From positions 47,430,001-47,494,000 of the forward strand of contig NC_043008.1 in assembly GCF_006345805.1 (NCBI RefSeq): a DNA stretch of 64,000 bases, read 5' to 3'. Made by a program: the position numbers and the translations under genes. This document shows positions 1 to 13,460 of this stretch, piece after piece; position 1 is the stretch's first letter, and the number at the start of each line of letters is the position of its first letter. Origin of the DNA: Octopus sinensis. Its lineage: Eukaryota. The notes beneath the pieces are model-generated. The model searched no databases. It was not told where the DNA came from and worked only from the letters and a program-made list of their open reading frames with translations.

Positions 1-257
1 GATACGAACAATCTGAAACTAACCAACTCTCTACTTGTATACTTAAAACCTTTTTAAATTACTTTTACATTGCATGCCATGATTTAGACCACCACTGCCT
101 TCTTAACAGCGAAATGACATTATTTTGTCAATGTGACATATATATATATATATTTTTCATAAAACTTTGTCTAAATATTTGGAATTATTTTTGCAACGAA
201 TCACTTATTTATATGTGTTTCATCTTGTCTGCAAGCCATGCTGGTAAATTTGAAGGA

Positions 258-310
258 TAATATTATTAGCTATTATTATTATTATATTATTATTATTATT
301 ATTATTATTA

Positions 311-347
<37 letters not shown>

Positions 348-472
348 TTATTATATTATTATTATATTATTATTACTATTATTATTATTATATTATTATT
401 ACTATTATTTTATTATTATTATATTATTATTATTATTGTATACATTATTATTATTATTGCCATTATTATCTT
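258..472. repeat. (ATT)n microsatellite
   Basis: Read directly; source of the poly-I/L/Y ORF 238..522. Confidence 0.95.
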
Positions 473-750
473 CTTCTATTTTCATATCTGTCGGTTTCCT
501 TTTTCCCCATTGCTCGTTATAATTCAACAACAATTATGTTGACTGCACAGGATTTCACTGGGTTCTCCGTAGTGAAAGAAATGAAAATACACAATTTAAT
601 TCCAAACTGAAAACAGGAGAGAAAAAGTAGTTTCCAACATTTGCATAAAAAAGTCTTCTTCTTATTATGCACCTCAGCCAGTTTTATTTATTTATTTATT
701 TTTCTACTTCAAATTTAAGTATTTGTGTCATAAACAGATGTCGACATGAA

Positions 751-795
<45 letters not shown>

Positions 796-809
796 CATAC
801 ATACATATA

Positions 810-887
<78 letters not shown>

Positions 888-1146
888 CAGATTTTGTTAT
901 CATAGTTTTGTTAATAATTATCGTTTTTATAATATAGTATGTTGATGAGAAAAAGAGAAAATAAAGAAGGTTTTTGAAGGAGATAGAATATTGCAATATT
1001 ACAGGTAATATACGATTACAATGAGAATAAATGTGTAATACACGGCACAAAATACCAAATATTTATACGTCGTAGAGAAAATTTGGAATAAAATATTGAA
1101 ACAACTGCAGACATCATATACAATTATATTTAACAAGTCTCATATT

Positions 1147-1207
<61 letters not shown>

Positions 1208-1407
1208 TATATTATTGTAATTATAATTATTTAGTGATGTATTTATATATAATCTTATATATATTATATATATATAGTATATATACACTTGCACAAACAT
1301 TTATGCATATATATTGTACATATGTGTTTTATATGTATATATATATACATATATATATATATACATATATACATACACACACACACACACACACCACATA
1401 TATATAT

Positions 1408-1440
<33 letters not shown>

Positions 1441-1496
1441 GTATATATATGTATGTATATATATGTAATATATATATGTATTTATATAATATATAT

Positions 1497-1547
<51 letters not shown>

Positions 1548-1706
1548 GTGGATTTTATAGCGTTAAAACCTCTTTTGTAGTGTCCTCTCATTTGTACATC
1601 TGCTCGAGGTAATAATGTTCAGTCACCAGAAATTGAAGGTACACCGAGGAGAAAACACATAGAAATGTTGAGTGTGACACTGTGCAGTGAACCGTCGAAC
1701 AGCATC

Positions 1707-1806
1707 TCACCACACTGAGCACTTCTTCTCTGGATTCATGTAGCTGCCTTTTGGGCAGTTGAAGGCTTCTGAAAATTCCTTCGAATTATGCAGCGTACCA
1801 ATAACC
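1707..1806 (-). CDS. M13 (neprilysin/ECE-like) peptidase, last coding exon: (R)[32 protein letters not shown]
   Basis: Manual translation gives the canonical M13 C-terminus. Acceptor tttgcaacAG, TGA at 1709-1707, phase matches the previous exon (CG|G = Arg). Confidence 0.97.
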
Positions 1807-2927
1807 CTGTTGCAAAACGAAACAAAAATTTTCCATTATAATAAATATTTACATATTTAAACCAATTATTTCAAGGTTGTGATAACATTTATGCGCTGCT
1901 AGTTTCAGATTTCGTGTTATTATATTTCCTAGTATGACTTCTTAAATTCATTGTTGAATAATTTCCATACATATTCTGTTTATAGAGAGAGATTTCGTTC
2001 GGTTGCTTTTGAAAATTCTAATCTATTATTGGAAGTATCTAACCTGAAAACAATCTTTTCGCTGTATAGGAACGTAAGACCAAGCTATGTGCTTATATCG
2101 CTAGAAACATCATATCACTACCATCATTTTATGTACATTTTCTGTGGAATTTGCATTACTTTTATTGGTTCATTTCATTTTTTCTTCTCTGTATAACTAC
2201 ATGCCGTTCACTAATTAATACACCATGTATCAAATGTGGTAATGCTAAAGTAACTATTACGATCTTTTCAACCGGGTAACGCTTCTAAATAATTTACTCT
2301 CAACAATTGTATTTTTCTAAACCAGTTCCAATATTTTACATTTCATGACAACATTTTTGGAAAAGCTACTTCGTGAAGTTTTGTGAAGTTCATCGGTAAA
2401 GTCATTATAAGCAATGAACGTGTCTTTACCTGTCTTCCCTATTGGTCATAATAAATTAATCCCAATCATTGACTTATAATGGCTTCTGTTTGTTTTTATT
2501 TTTTCATTTACTTTAGATTTATTTCTTATTAGATTTATGTCTCTCCATTAAAATGCATTAAATATTTAAGCTTTAACTTAACTTGTTATTCACGTGGATA
2601 GCACGTCGGCTTTATCTATTTCTCAGATGGAAAACAGTCAAGTGAATTTATATATGCCATCGAGAAAGACAAATATGTTTTCAGACTAACTACCAGACAC
2701 AGTCAAACAAAGGATGGCATATGGCACACAAACAATGTCTCTCAGCGCTCCGCTCACAAAATCCTATACAATGCTTTTAACGGACAACAATGTTATTGTT
2801 AGAGCAGTTGTATACTGCCAACTTAACGTGACAGTTCCGTAAAGGGGAATCAAACCACCGCTATTTAGCCCTGACACATTTCCTGTTTACAAAGGGGAGA
2901 CAAGCATCCCCAACAGCTAGGGTTGCA

Positions 2928-2970
2928 TCCAGAGAACATGTTTCTGAATCTTGCTCGTCATCAGTGTGGA
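2928..2970 (-). ncRNA. degenerate type I hammerhead-like motif (probably PLE-derived)
   Basis: Minus strand: TCCACA CTGATGA C GAGC AAG ATTC A GAAAC AT GTT CTC TGGA. Core intact, palindromic ACATGT stem III, but stem I pairs only distally. Confidence 0.4.
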
Positions 2971-3239
2971 GTAGCATGGCCGGCTAGCTGAGGATTCTTG
3001 TCTAATATTATTGTTAAGCTTGTAATTATCTTCAGGAAATCTACGGAGAAAAGGCGATCGTAGCTGACGTCTCTGCTCTGAAATATCAGTTCGTCTCTAG
3101 CAACACTGTTCTTCATTTTGTCGTCCGTGTTGGTGTTCCATTTTGTATTGGATGCACATATTGTAGTTGTTGTTGTTTTTGTCGTCGTCAGCGTTGTTGT
3201 TGTTTTCCGTTGTTGTTGTTGTTGTTGTTGCTACCATGA

Positions 3240-5066
3240 ATAACTCTCGGATAGTCCTTAATTACCGGTTGTTCTTTACTTGAAAGCAGGCAATAACAAA
3301 TCACCAAAGGTTTCAAGTAGTGCCTTCTCCTGTGACTCAAAGAGACAGTAGTCTCCTTAGAATGTGAGATGTACCCAATAACGCTGTCTTCTGGATCACT
3401 GTGAACCTGAGAGCAGTTCCAATATTCTTAATAGGTTAATATGATAGAAGGTGTCAGCTGCCCACAGCCAGCAGACCAAGTTGATATTTGTTTACTGGTC
3501 ATGCTTCAAGAACCCTGTGAAGAATTCTTGCTGTTCTAAGTAACGCTGATTTCTGGAAGGGCTTTACCTTTACATTTGTACCAAGCTTTTTCAGCCATGC
3601 TGGTATTTAGGTACTGATACTGCCAATTGCACTAATTACTATTGGTTATACGTCTACTCTCCTCATTGACCACAACCTTCGTATTTCCCACTTAAAATTT
3701 TCGTAGTCTTTTCAGTTTTTCTTCTTTATCTTTGAACGTGTTTTCACCGGGATTATCATGTCGATTATCATGCACGTTCTCTCTTATTCACCGCAACAAT
3801 GTCCGGTTTCCGATGTCTGGTCAGGTGGTTGCCCTGTATCATTACACGGTATAGGATTTTGCAATTTTCGTTCTGAGCGACTCCTTTTGGGGTTTGTTCG
3901 TACCACGTTTTCGTTCGTTGAAGGCCGTGATATCCACGGAGCGGATCATTCTTGCCACATTGGCATGTCTTTTGTATTCGCAGGCATTCCACAACGATGT
4001 GCCATACCATTTCATCCCTCTCACCACACATTCTTCATCTGTTGCTGTCAGTAGTGTTGTCCATTCTGCATTTCCCATAGTTAGTCCTGAACGTTTGTGT
4101 TTCTGCTGCGCATATAAGTGTTTCTGTCTCTATCTTCAGGTCACTCCTCTTCATCTATAGCCACCGGTCTTCTGTACCTATCTGGACGTTCGTACCTCTT
4201 GCAACCTGACCGTACACTTTTTCTCCCTTCATGCTGTTTCATTCTTTGTGTTCTTTACCTCTTTAAGGTTTTTATTCTTTGGTACACAGTTATCAGTTTT
4301 AATGACGCCAAACTTCTTCACGCATCACAACATCGGTTACGTGGTATTTTTTATTTAACATCCTAAGCTCTTTTCCTGTTTCGACGCAATCCCGGCAAAC
4401 CTATCCCACCCTTCTCCAGGATTTAGTTGAATTCTAGTATGCCAAGGTATTTGTAACCCTCTTTTCAATTTGTTTAATGAGTTCTCTGTTAGATAATTCT
4501 ATCTCTGAGAGGGAGTGCACCTTACCTCTTTTGAAGTACATTATGCCACAGTTCTTGAGACCGAATTCCATTCGAATATCAGCATTAAAACAGAGGACCT
4601 TCTTCACCAGAGACCTCACTTGTGCCTCATCGTTGCCATACAATTTCAAATTATCCAAGAATAGGATATGGTTAATTGTTTGGGATTTTCCATTTAGCTG
4701 AAATCCCAGATTTATTTTTCTAAGTACCAAGATCACAAGGATTATGCAGAGAACAAAAAGTAATGGAGATAAGTTATCACCTTGGAAAATCCCTCTTCTG
4801 ATGCCCAGGGTCCCTGATCTTTGTCCATAGGAGATCAACTTAGTTTTCCACCCCCACCATACCCCTCTTCAGAAAACACGTTACATTCCTCGCAATTCCA
4901 AACAAATCTAAGCATTGGATGATCCATGAATGTGGAATCATATAATAAGGTTTGTGATAGTCAATCCAAGCCATTCCCAAATTTGTTCTCCTTCGTTTAC
5001 AATCTCGCATTAACATTTTGTCTCTCAATTATTGGTGTTTGGTATCTCTGTATCTCTCCTACAACC
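3240..5066 (-). mobile_element. 5'-truncated, decayed R4/Dong-type (RLE) non-LTR retrotransposon
   Basis: RT motifs AWIDYHKPY..IPHSW, RRGIFQGDNLSPLLF, HILFLDNLKL; CCHC-like CGERDEMVWHIVVEC; RKPDIVAV endonuclease. Ends in a (CAA)n tract; boundaries approximate. Confidence 0.85.
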
Positions 5067-5076
5067 TTATATTATT

Positions 5077-5117
<41 letters not shown>

Positions 5118-5134
5118 TATTATTATTATTGTTA

Positions 5135-5193
<59 letters not shown>

Positions 5194-6066
5194 TTATTGC
5201 TCCCCAAATTCAGAAAAATTTGCGTTGTTTGGTTGCCTAAGGACTCATATTGCAAAATCATTTTAATATTCGACAAACCATAATTTCAACACAGGAACTC
5301 TGTTGCTGGGGAATGGGTAAATAATCACTTCTCACACATAACCTCACTTCTGTTTTTTATTTATTTTATGTTATACTTGTAGATGCCGTAGGGAATACGC
5401 CTGATTAGGAATTTGTTCGTATATAATAAAAAAAACAGACCATTTAAAATTCACTTCTACTACGACAGCATTTGCGAACGATCGGTTTGCCAAAAGATCC
5501 AGACAAATTGACAATAAGCGGCCGATCAGTTGGAGTCCACATCTGTCTGCAGGCAATAAATGGATGTTTTTGTAACACTATTTTACCGTTCAACAACAGA
5601 TCATTAACTACATAATACACTGTAAGAACAAATTAATTAAAGTTATACTATTTCGTTATTTCAGTCGATGTATATAATCCCTTGTCTATTCTGAGGCCAT
5701 CGTGAAAATATACACTCCTGTTACAAAAAGGATTTAGAAGCCCACAGCATTCAAGAAAAGTCATTTTGGGTCATTTTTATTGAACGGTATTTCTCTCTAA
5801 TCGATCATTTTTTTAAATCTACATACTTTTGAAATATTTCAGCTGTCTTATAATAAACTAAATATTTCTATCAAATGAACATTGATATTATAATATCAAA
5901 ACTCCTATAAAAATACTTCATTGGCGTGACTTTGAGTGATAATGATATTAATTCGTAAAAACAAGGTTGATTGGAAATATGTCTGGACTTTGCTGAATTA
6001 TTCAAGAGAAAAAGAATCAGTTTGGAAGCTGGAACACAACAGATAAACGCAACACACGTGAGAGAC

Positions 6067-6173
<107 letters not shown>

Positions 6174-6268
6174 ATGGAATTTCATAGAGAAGCATAACGG
6201 CAGGAAACTCTCTTTCAATAATATTTTTCATATCCGCACACACAAATACTTATTTACAGACATATATT

Positions 6269-6301
<33 letters not shown>

Positions 6302-6302
6302 G

Positions 6303-6395
<93 letters not shown>

Positions 6396-7008
6396 CGTAT
6401 ATACATATACATACGCGCACACACTTATTTACATACGTATATACATATATGTATATATATATGTGTGTATATAATATACATGCACACACACAGACACTCA
6501 CAAAACACGCACACACGCAATACACACACACACTACGAATGTGTAAATTGCATGGCTACTTAAGCTTGTCCGATGAGACGTACATAGATCCAACCATGAC
6601 CTGACAGAAGAAAACTGACTATATTTCTTATAGTGCTACTGGAGTTGCGTCGACTTAAAGTTATAATTGTCTCCCCTGAATAGTTTATCTTCAAGAGTTG
6701 CTTCCCTTGATGTCCTGTACGTTCATCCACACCTTTCATCACCCATTTACACGTATACACGCGCACACGCACGATGAGAGACAACTACAATTTTTCTATT
6801 TCGGTGATTGGAAAATCGACGCAACAATCCTTTACATCCTGTCGACTTGCGAACAGCGAGTTGCCAGTGTTTCTGGCTAATACAATCTCCACAATGCGAA
6901 AAAAAATGGACTAATTGGCCACAAATATTTGCTAGGTATATTTAATGAGCAAGTTAAAATGTCTGAGTGACAAGTAAGATTAAGATGTCATAGAAAATGT
7001 TGTCTTAC

Positions 7009-7085
7009 CGAAATCGACCCGGGCTGTGGTACCCAGACAAAATGCGGTTCTGTGCATACTGGGGCCGCATGTTCCCACACCAAAC
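7009..7085 (-). CDS. M13 peptidase exon: VWCGNMRPQYAQNRILSGYHSPGRF(R)
   Basis: 77 nt, ttattccAG acceptor, GTAAGA donor. Contains the WC and HSP..FR motifs. Confidence 0.96.
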
Positions 7086-7506
7086 CTGGAATAAAGTCAG
7101 AAACATTCAATCTTACGCTCATTGGTTGAGTCTTATAAAATCTATTGCAACTGTTGTAACTGGTAATCGAACTACAACAACAACCATCACTGATATCAGC
7201 AACGGCCACGTGGTTTGCCAGGATGAAACCACGTGGAGATGTTATAAACGCTCATTACACGTGACACGCGCAATCCCAGTAAACAACTGCTTCGTATTTA
7301 AACAATCAAAAAGGTTTATCGCGTGCGCTCACTCACTTTCATATCTACATACATATGTGTATATATACATACATATGTGTATATATACATACATATGTGT
7401 ATATATACATACATATATGTATATATACATACACACACACTCGCGCACATATATTCATATATATAGTAGATGAATACACGTGTGAGTTTCCAATTCTTTT
7501 CAAACA

Positions 7507-8538
7507 TACGAGGGAGAGTTAACAATTATACGTAACCCTTTTATTTCCAATGTATTTACACAGAGGCAGGGGATAAACAAATACGTCTTTTTTCTATAAA
7601 GTTTCCTTCCTTTTCGATGCTCTTGGTCCAGCGGTCCCCGAGCTTGCGTATTCCCTCCACGAAGGAGGTTTTGGGTTGTTCGTGCAACCATTTATGAACC
7701 TCTTCCTTCGCATCTTCATCTGTAGTAAATCGATGACCACGTAAACCATCTTTGAGCCGTCCAAAGATATGATAATCAGAAGAGACGCGATGGGCTGCAG
7801 GCAGGTTGTTCCAGCACCTCAAAACCCAATTGGTTACTGGTTTCAACGGTCTGTGCGGCCGTGTGTGGGCGTGCATTGTCATGCAACAACAAAACTTTCT
7901 TCGACAATAAGCTTCGGCATTTGGCACGAATTGTTGGCCAGCAAAGCACTGTATCTTGCACTGTTGATCGTACACTCCTTTTCCAGCTAGCCTTCCAGTA
8001 TAGGCCCTTTTTGAGTCCCAAAAATGAGTTAGAATCACCTTTTTCCGAGGAAGACTGAGTCTTGAATTTCCTCGTCGCTGGCGAGCCAACATGTTTCCAC
8101 TCCATACTCTGTCTTTTGGAATCTGCCGCATAAGGATAGACCCACGTTTCATCTCCTGTGACTATCGCGCTTTAAAATTCATCTCCCTCATTTTTGTAGC
8201 GATCGAGTAAACGTTGGCAGACCTCAAAATGCTTGCACTTGTGCTCTGCATTAAGCTCTCTTGGCACCCATATAGCCTCCGATAAATTCCAGCACCTGAC
8301 ACACATTCCGACCAGAGAAATCGGATCAGGGCTCTTTGTTCCTCTTTGGTGCACATTGCTAGCGGAGCGGTCAGGCTTACGTTGTAAGGTCAGAAAGAAA
8401 AATAGCGCCGTCAAGCTCAACCTTGATCATGTGACCAACTATATTACCGACTATAAGCACGCATGCGCAGAAGGCAACGTGACTATAATACAGATATGTT
8501 ATGGCGAAAGTGCGGATAATTTTTTACTTCCTCTCGTA
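7507..8538 (-). mobile_element. mariner (DD34D) transposon, internally deleted and frameshifted
   Basis: TA-flanked imperfect TIRs (TACGAGGGAGAG.../...CTCTCGTA). Transposase fragments [35 protein letters not shown]. Confidence 0.92.
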
Positions 8539-8603
8539 CTACGAGGTAGAAAGAATATGTTACAATACTCACTCACGGTAAATAACTGTTTCAAACCACT
8601 AAC

Positions 8604-8702
8604 CTGCGCAAATCCCAGGAAGAACAATTGTTCATGGGTATAGTTAAGACCGGGTAGTTTCGGCTCTTCTGCTCCTCGCTTACGGATCCAGTTCTTGTAA
8701 GC
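8604..8702 (-). CDS. M13 peptidase exon: [33 protein letters not shown]
   Basis: 99 nt, cattttAG acceptor, GTTAGT donor. LPGL and QLFF..FAQ motifs. Confidence 0.96.
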
Positions 8703-9011
8703 CTAAAATGTGAATAGAGAATTCATGCAATGGCTTCCTGGAAATTCCATCATATTTCAAGTTGCTTAACAAAGAAAATTGGCAAATGATATTATTCAAC
8801 ATATTCCCTGCTTAGAGTCGGACATTTATTGCAGTGGTCCTTCAGTTTTCTAAGCCATTTAAAGAAGGTAGGACCTCCAATCAGGCGTTTTGTGGAATAC
8901 TCGAAGCCAAGAACACTTCATCCCTCAACCACACGTATGTCACAAAGTATTTGCGAGAATCTATGATGTTTCGTTGGCATTGTGTGTGTGAGAGAGAGAG
9001 AGAGAGTGTGC

Positions 9012-9099
<88 letters not shown>

Positions 9100-9531
9100 A
9101 CATATATACACACACATGCACACACGCATACACTCTCTAGGATTCAGTGCGCGTGTGTGTGTGGAGGTGTTTGCATGCGTCTCTCTGTCTGTCTGTCTCT
9201 CTGTCCCTCTTTCCCTCTGTATATATATATATATAGAAAGCGAGAGGGAGAGAAAGAGAGACGCATGTAAACAACTCCACACACACGCGTGCGCAAACGT
9301 AGAGACTGTTTCATCGATTTTGTCTCCGTGCCAGGGTATTTGTTATCCCGATGTTGTTGAGTGTATTAACCATGGGACAGGAGGAGAGCGCTTCTTTTTA
9401 AAAGCAGAATTATTATTATTATTATTATTGGATCAGAAGTTATGGAAATGTTTGTGTTGGGAAAGCTTCCTATTTTTATCAAAGAATTTATATGGGTAAT
9501 TATGAAAATGTGGATATGATAGGAATTTTTT

Positions 9532-9706
9532 TAAAAGGTGCTTACTAATTAAAAGTGTGTTTCCTAATTAAAAGGTGTTTACTAATTAAAAGTGTGTTTA
9601 CTAATTAAAAGTGTGTTTACTAATTAAAAGGTGTTTACTAATTAAAAGTGTGTTTACTAATTAAAAGGTGTTTACTAATTTAAAGTGTGTTTACTAATTA
9701 AAAGTG
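9532..9706. repeat. minisatellite, about 9 units of TTACTAATTAAAAG(T)GTGT-type sequence (18/19 bp)
   Basis: Tandem units read directly. Confidence 0.95.
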
Positions 9707-10492
9707 AAATAAATAATATTGAAAATAATGTTGAATCTCATAAGAATCAGCAAGCCAGGGGAGGTAACTCTAAAGTTTCTTGCAGAAATGATGCAAGGCT
9801 GTGGTGAAAAACAAGGGGGATAACTCTAAATTACTATACTGAGTACTTATTTTCTTAAGGTTTGTTTATACGAGACTCTTTTTTTTACTCTTTTACTCTT
9901 TTACTTGCTTCAGTCATTTGACTGCAGCCATGCTGGAGCACTGCCTTTAGTCTAGATATTTATCTATCTATCTGTCTGTCTGTCTCTTTTTCTATCTATC
10001 TATCTAGATAGACAGATAAATGGATACATACATACATAAACACAACACACAAATACTTACATACATAAATACATACATACATACATATATACATACATAC
10101 ATACATACATACATACATACATACATACATACATACATACATACATACATACATACATACATACAATTATAGTTAGATGGACAAACAGACAGACAGACAT
10201 TTTAATATCGATAATCGATCATATCTTAAATTGATTCCATTTTCTCATTAAATTTGATGTTACCCTTTATGAACTCTTTAGAGTATTTATTATTAAGTTG
10301 TGTGCTATAATCTATTTTTCTTTAAGTTATCCGAAATAAAATGCTTAGTTTTCTCCGTATCGTCTGCAAATGGTTTGTAAACCTCGTAGCGATGCAATGA
10401 GATTCTTGTAAACATGTATCAAACGATTTGTTTCAACAAATGTATTTAACGAGACAAAGAATAAGACAACGTAATCCGAAGTATCTGCCTAC

Positions 10493-10558
10493 CCGGAATG
10501 ACTGCTTCAGTCCACCATTATCGGCGATATTTTCACCCAGGGTATTTCGCCCGTTGAT
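10493..10558 (-). CDS. M13 peptidase exon: INGRNTLGENIADNGGLKQSFR (third zinc ligand Glu)
   Basis: 66 nt, tttaaacAG acceptor, GTAGGC donor. TLGENIADNGG signature, visible inside ORF 10433..10675. Confidence 0.97.
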
Positions 10559-11280
10559 CTGTTTAAAAATACAATAAATAGAATACGTTATGCAACATAA
10601 ATAAATCGTAATATTTCGACAGGAATTCATTTGTTCATAGACACAAGTTTGCGCTGATGTTATTCTTCGTTTCAAGTTCTTTTCCTTTCTTTTTCGCTGT
10701 CATCGACAGAAAGAGACTCTTGAAGCCAGGACAGAGTCACGGTGGAGACCTAGCTTCCACTAAATAAGTAAAATGCATTCTCTATATATTTAGTTTATTT
10801 TGGTGTTGTTTGTGAACACACACCACACACACACATATATATATACACACCACACATACACACACACATATACACACATATGCACACACACACACACACA
10901 CACTGTATAGATATACGTTCAGTTATTTGCTCGCTTCCAGATGTAAATCTGCTAATGAGAGAAATCAGAAGTGATTGGTGATGTGGTGGCAAGTGCTGAT
11001 ATTATGTGTGATATACGCGTGTGTGCGTGTGTATGTTTTTGTGCTTCACTCTCTGTAGTGACGTGGCAGTGGGATGCCAATTAATATCATAAATTAATTC
11101 CCTTTATTCACTTTTCTTTTTTCGTGACACTTTTAGGAAAATTATGACTGTGAGAGAAACCTAGGTGAATGCATAAAAGTTAAAACAGAGTCCACCGCAG
11201 ACTTGTATTAAGCGTAGGCATTAAACAGGAAATCTTATAAAATAATTCCTAATACATCTTAATATTATTCTCATGAAGCG

Positions 11281-11382
11281 GTTTGCGGAATCTTTGGCGG
11301 AATCTTTGGCGGAATCTTTGGCGGAATCTTTGGCGGAATCGTTAGCGGAATCGTTGGCGGAATCTTTGGCGGAATCGTTAGG
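11281..11382. repeat. 12-bp tandem repeat GCGGAATC(T/G)TT(G/A), about 8 units
   Basis: Read directly; encodes (DSAK/DSAN)n in minus ORF 11221..11613. Confidence 0.9.
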
Positions 11383-11946
11383 ACGCCGACGAAAATTCTC
11401 AGCAACTTTTCTTCCGTCTATACATTCTGAGCTCAAACTCCGACGATGATCACAATGGTTTATTCCGTCTTCCGAATCCGCAGACCCTGTGCCAAAACTT
11501 GAAACCATTATTATTTCCGTAAAGTATAGAGTCTGCTGGACTTTATAACCTTGTGAGCAAACTGATTTACGATATTCTTTTACAAACACATGAAGTGTGA
11601 TTTGAAATCTCATCGTATCTTCTTTCTCATCAATCCAGCATCGCTAAATGTCCTGAATTAACGCCGAGGAAACCAATAACTTCCCCAATCGATCCCTGAT
11701 CTTTTTCCTCGCCTACAAATCAATAATACATAATCAGTACTCTAACAATATTTCCTGGAGCAATGCAACAAAGTCTGCATACATTAAGTGAGCCGACATC
11801 TTAGACATCAAAACAATATACAAAGCAAAAGGACTCTTTATTATCAATTTATGAGGAATAGGTTACTTCTAATTCTATATCACTAATAACTCTACATAAC
11901 TCTCTCTCTCTCTCTTTCTCTCTCTCTCTTTCTCTCTCTCTCTCTT

Positions 11947-11977
<31 letters not shown>

Positions 11978-12197
11978 TTCTCTCTTTCATATATATGTAT
12001 ATGTATATGTATGTGTGTGTGTGTCTAAAAGTTATGACTCCACATTACTTATTATTGTGTACTAATAAAGAAATCCGTATTACCCAATTCATGAAGAATA
12101 TCTTATTTGGCTCTGCACTACTTTCTCTTACTTCCTATGGCTGTGTATTAGTTAAGAGCTTTGGATTAGCAATTCATGAGAAGTATTTCTTACTTAC

Positions 12198-12328
12198 CTT
12201 CATGTTCGCCTCTGGAACAGAATAATTAGAATATTGATTTTCAATGCAGTCGGCCTTTTTAGTAAACCTTTTGATGACGTCCGTACTCCACCACTGCCTT
12301 AGGTTTCCCTCCCTATCAAATTGACGCC
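12198..12328 (-). CDS. M13 peptidase exon: (G)RQFDREGNLRQWWSTDVIKRFTKKADCIENQYSNYSVPEANMK
   Basis: 131 nt, ttgtttcAG acceptor, GTAAGT donor. GRxFDxxGNLxxWW and C...QY motifs. Confidence 0.96.
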
Positions 12329-12941
12329 CTGAAACAAATAGAATTTTCAATTATATATCTGTGTGTGTGTTTGTGTGTGTGAAAGAGAGAAGGAGAGAGA
12401 GACAGTGAGTGAGTGAGTGAGAAAAGAGAGACATCTTTTATTCTTTTATATGTTTTAGTCATTGGGTTAAGGCTATACTGGAGCCCTACGTTGAAGCGTT
12501 TCTTTTATTAGATCGATTCCAGATTTAAGTTTAAGCCTGGTGCCATCTCTATGTCAGGTGCTGTGCTTCGCTGACATAAGCAATAAAAAGACGATATAAA
12601 AGCACGCACGCACACACACACATACACACGCACACACACACACACACACATACACGCGCACACACACGCGCAAACACATACAGACACACACACGCATGCA
12701 CACACATGCACACGCACATACGCACACGCACACAGACACAGATAATTCACTGACAAAGGCTTTGGTGTGATCGTATTGCAAAATCTGCGCTGAGATGGGA
12801 ATTCCCATGACCCTTTCATATCTAGCCTGATCACAGTATATATATATATATGTATGTATGTATTATGTATGTATGTATGTATGTATGTATGTATTATGTA
12901 TGTATGTATGTATGTATGTATGTATGTATATATATACATAC

Positions 12942-12973
<32 letters not shown>

Positions 12974-13189
12974 ATGTATATATATATATGTGTGTGTGTA
13001 TATATATATATATATAAGTTGAATAAAGTTAAAACATGGGCTGGTTTTCACGATTTATATTATGGTATTTAAAATTTTTAAAAATATATTGAAATGCATG
13101 TAAAGTTAAATTAGTGCTTTCACGCAAAAAGTAATCATCAGCTTTCAAATGTGTTCAACTGACCGTTGAGTTCTCGACAACTGTAGTAC

Positions 13190-13460
13190 CTCTTAGAACG
13201 CTTCAAGAATTTCAATGTTTAGAATACAGAGGTTCTAATCCAAGCAGCCCCAAACTAAATTCGCCCTCAGACAAACATCACCCTCAAAGGAGTCGAGCTG
13301 AAGTGTGTGGAAAGCTTCAAGTAACTTGGCAGCACAATTTAAGCCACTGGGTCACTGAACAGCAAAATCTCATCCAGCGCTTAGAAGACTGAGAGTGAAA
13401 GTTCTCCACCGGAAAGGTATCGGACATAATTCCTCGTCTCTTAAGTATAGAACTGTATTA
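13190..13460 (+). mobile_element. RTE-clade LINE RT fragment
   Basis: Translation with stops: TEVLIQAAPN..QTNITLKGVELKCVESFK*LGSTI..ALRRLRVKV, typical post-YADD RTE sequence. Confidence 0.7.

Noticed and set aside
238-1591. Long poly-I/Y/L ORFs here and dozens of similar (YI)n, (CV)n, (HT)n, (LS)n, (YLSI)n ORFs across the window
   Set aside because: They are translations of microsatellites that lack stop codons, with no domain or splice support.
9532-11382. Short regular repeats considered as CRISPR-like arrays
   Set aside because: Head-to-tail tandem units without unique spacers, no cas genes, and a eukaryotic locus.
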